Part shown: positions 18,391-20,000 of the stretch, piece after piece
Layout: the number at the start of each line of letters is the position of its first letter
Numbering within the stretch: the stretch's first letter is position 1
NCBI GenBank assembly: GCA_038087875.1
Contig: JAXLNO010000291.1
Coordinates: 46,772 to 66,771, forward strand
Direction: 5' to 3'
Length of the DNA stretch: 20,000 nt
Source: Malacoraja senta
Taxonomy: Eukaryota
Translations under genes and position numbers: made by a program
Notes under the pieces: generated by a model
What the model was told of the DNA's origin: nothing
Database searches by the model: none
The model's input: the letters and a program-made list of their open reading frames with translations, nothing else

Positions 18391-18950
18391 CAAAGAGGCC
18401 CTTTGGCCCATCTTGTCCGTGCTGACCAAAGTGGCATACTGGGCTAGTCCATTGTCTGCATTTCACTCTAAACCCAAGCTAGAATCTTCAAGAACCCAGG
18501 AATGAGTAAGTTAACCTATGACAAGTGTTTGATGGCCCTCGAGTCATGCACACATCCTGCTTTAAAACTTCCTCATGCACGGCCAGTCAGCCCATGTGCA
18601 GTTTTATATTTCTGCAGCTGCTAAAGGAAGCTCTGCGTCTCTGCACAACATCTGCCAAATTAAAGTTTCAGGACATTCCTGATTTATTCAGAGCCTAATT
18701 CCTGTGAGGAGGGAATTTCAATCTGTTCAAAGCCACAACTGCCAGTTAAGAAGCCATTTACAAATAAGTACAACTTACCTACAACTTCCAAAACAAATAA
18801 GGCAACATTGGCAATGCAGACAGAAGCTCCCCACACCCAACAAGTTGGGGCACATTTCCTTGAAGGTATTGGAGGAGGTGTGAGGGGACTTTGGAGATGG
18901 TCTTTAGAATGAGAGGGTGGAGATGGAGACTTGTGCAAGCGCTTCTCTAT

Positions 18951-19270
18951 CTGCGGAGCATCCTGGACAATACAGCTCACCCCCTCCATGACACACTGGT
19001 CAACCTGAGGAGCACCTTCAGCAACAGACTGGTTCCACCAAGAAGCAGCACAGAACGCCACAGGAGATCCTTCTTCCCTGTGGCTATCAAACTGTACAAC
19101 TCCTCCCCCTTCTGTCGTGGGGTAGACTGACTCCCCCCCCCCCCCCAATCTTTGCACATCCCCAATCCTTTCCACTCGTCACTTTAAATTTCATGTTTCA
19201 TGTATTTTGTGTTTTTATGACTGTTGGCAGATCAATTTCCCTCCTGGGATGAATAAAGTTCTATCGTATG
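18951..19270 (+). mobile_element. Rex1/Babar-clade LINE 3' end (third family)
   Basis: LRSILDNTAHPLHDTLVNLRSTFSNRLVPPRSSTERHRRSFFPVAIKLYNSS..*; UTR ends AATTTCCCTCCTGGGATGAATAAAGTTCTATCGTAT. Confidence 0.85.
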
Positions 19271-19536
19271 GTGTCCTATCGTAAGTCACCTGCCCAAGTC
19301 ACCTACCCAAGGAAGTCCACAGCAAATCCAATCGGGGATTCCGTCATTCCTTCTCTACCAGCGAGACGGGAGAACATGCAGTTCAACAACGCCAACTTGT
19401 ATTTACATAGCATCATTTCCATAACATGCAGCCACCTGCATCATTAGCGACAGGTGACACAAAAGCACAGATGTATATAAGGGGAACCTGCGTGTGAACA
19501 AGGGATAGATAGCTCAATGAAACACTACAGTAATGT

Positions 19537-19836
19537 ATGGGTCTCCACCCGAAACCTCACCTGTTCCATTTCTCCAGAGATGCTGTCTGACCTGTTGAGT
19601 TACTCCAGCACGTTGTGTCTATCTTTAGTGTTCCCTTTAGTGCATATATTTCATTCACTAATTCTATATCTCTATTATATCACCGTCTATATCTCTCGTT
19701 TCCCATTCCCCCGACTCTCAGTCTGAAGAAGGGGCACCCATTCCTTCTCTCCATAGATACTGCCTGTCCCGCTGAGTTACCCCAGCTTTTTGTGTCTATC
19801 TTCATTTTAAACCAGCATCTGCAGTTCCTACCTACA
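19537..19836 (+). mobile_element. Head-to-tail (direct) pair of hammerhead elements
   Basis: First unit GGGTCTCCACCCGAAACCTCACC..CTCCAGCACGTTGTGTCT. Second unit has the leader (CTATATCTCTCGTTTCCC..GACTCTCAGT), CTGAAGAAGGG, a deletion of stem II/GAAA, and a full 3' domain. Confidence 0.75.
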
Positions 19837-20000
19837 CTGCTCTAATTGATCTTCCCGGGGCTGGTTAGAAGTTGCTGCTTCAAGAGACAATATTTACCAC
19901 CTCTATAAGGTGCGTGCCAGTGAACGTCAACACGCCTTCAGGGTCATTATTTTCACGTCAGTCCAACAATACAAATCTATTCTGCCCGACACGCCTGCCC

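Noticed and set aside
1..20000. CRISPR array, prokaryotic or phage system
   Set aside because: Repeats are dispersed and irregular with no repeat-spacer periodicity or operon-like ORFs; content is typical vertebrate retroelement DNA.

Overview
This is eukaryotic, repeat-dense, intronic or intergenic DNA, with no recognisable intact protein-coding gene. The repeat set (HER1-like CR1 LINE 3' ends, HE1-like V-SINEs, Rex1/Babar, L2 and Deu-type SINE relics) points to a cartilaginous fish, probably a skate or ray; this is inferred from recalled consensus sequences. The ORFs listed are chance ORFs or LINE C-terminal fragments. The most notable signal is a family of about 100-250 bp elements with roughly 20 copies or relics in the window. 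It carries a minimal type-I hammerhead-ribozyme motif (CTGAAGA-A-GGGTCnnGACCC-GAAACGTC) followed by a conserved structured 3' domain. Several copies have 9-15 bp target-site duplications (TSDs), and at least five are fold-back palindromes that turn at or beside the hammerhead core, the best being 79-bp arms at 10558-10716. A short Penelope GIY-YIG-like peptide (EQHLIFCLGS) lies next to one copy. This suggests a non-autonomous Penelope-derived, retrozyme-like family that mimics MITEs. The window also holds a 5'-truncated Vingi/Ingi-like LINE with a TSD, many nested insertions, and one candidate 28-nt GC-donor microexon. Repeat family names come from recall, not database searches, and boundaries of old relics are approximate.
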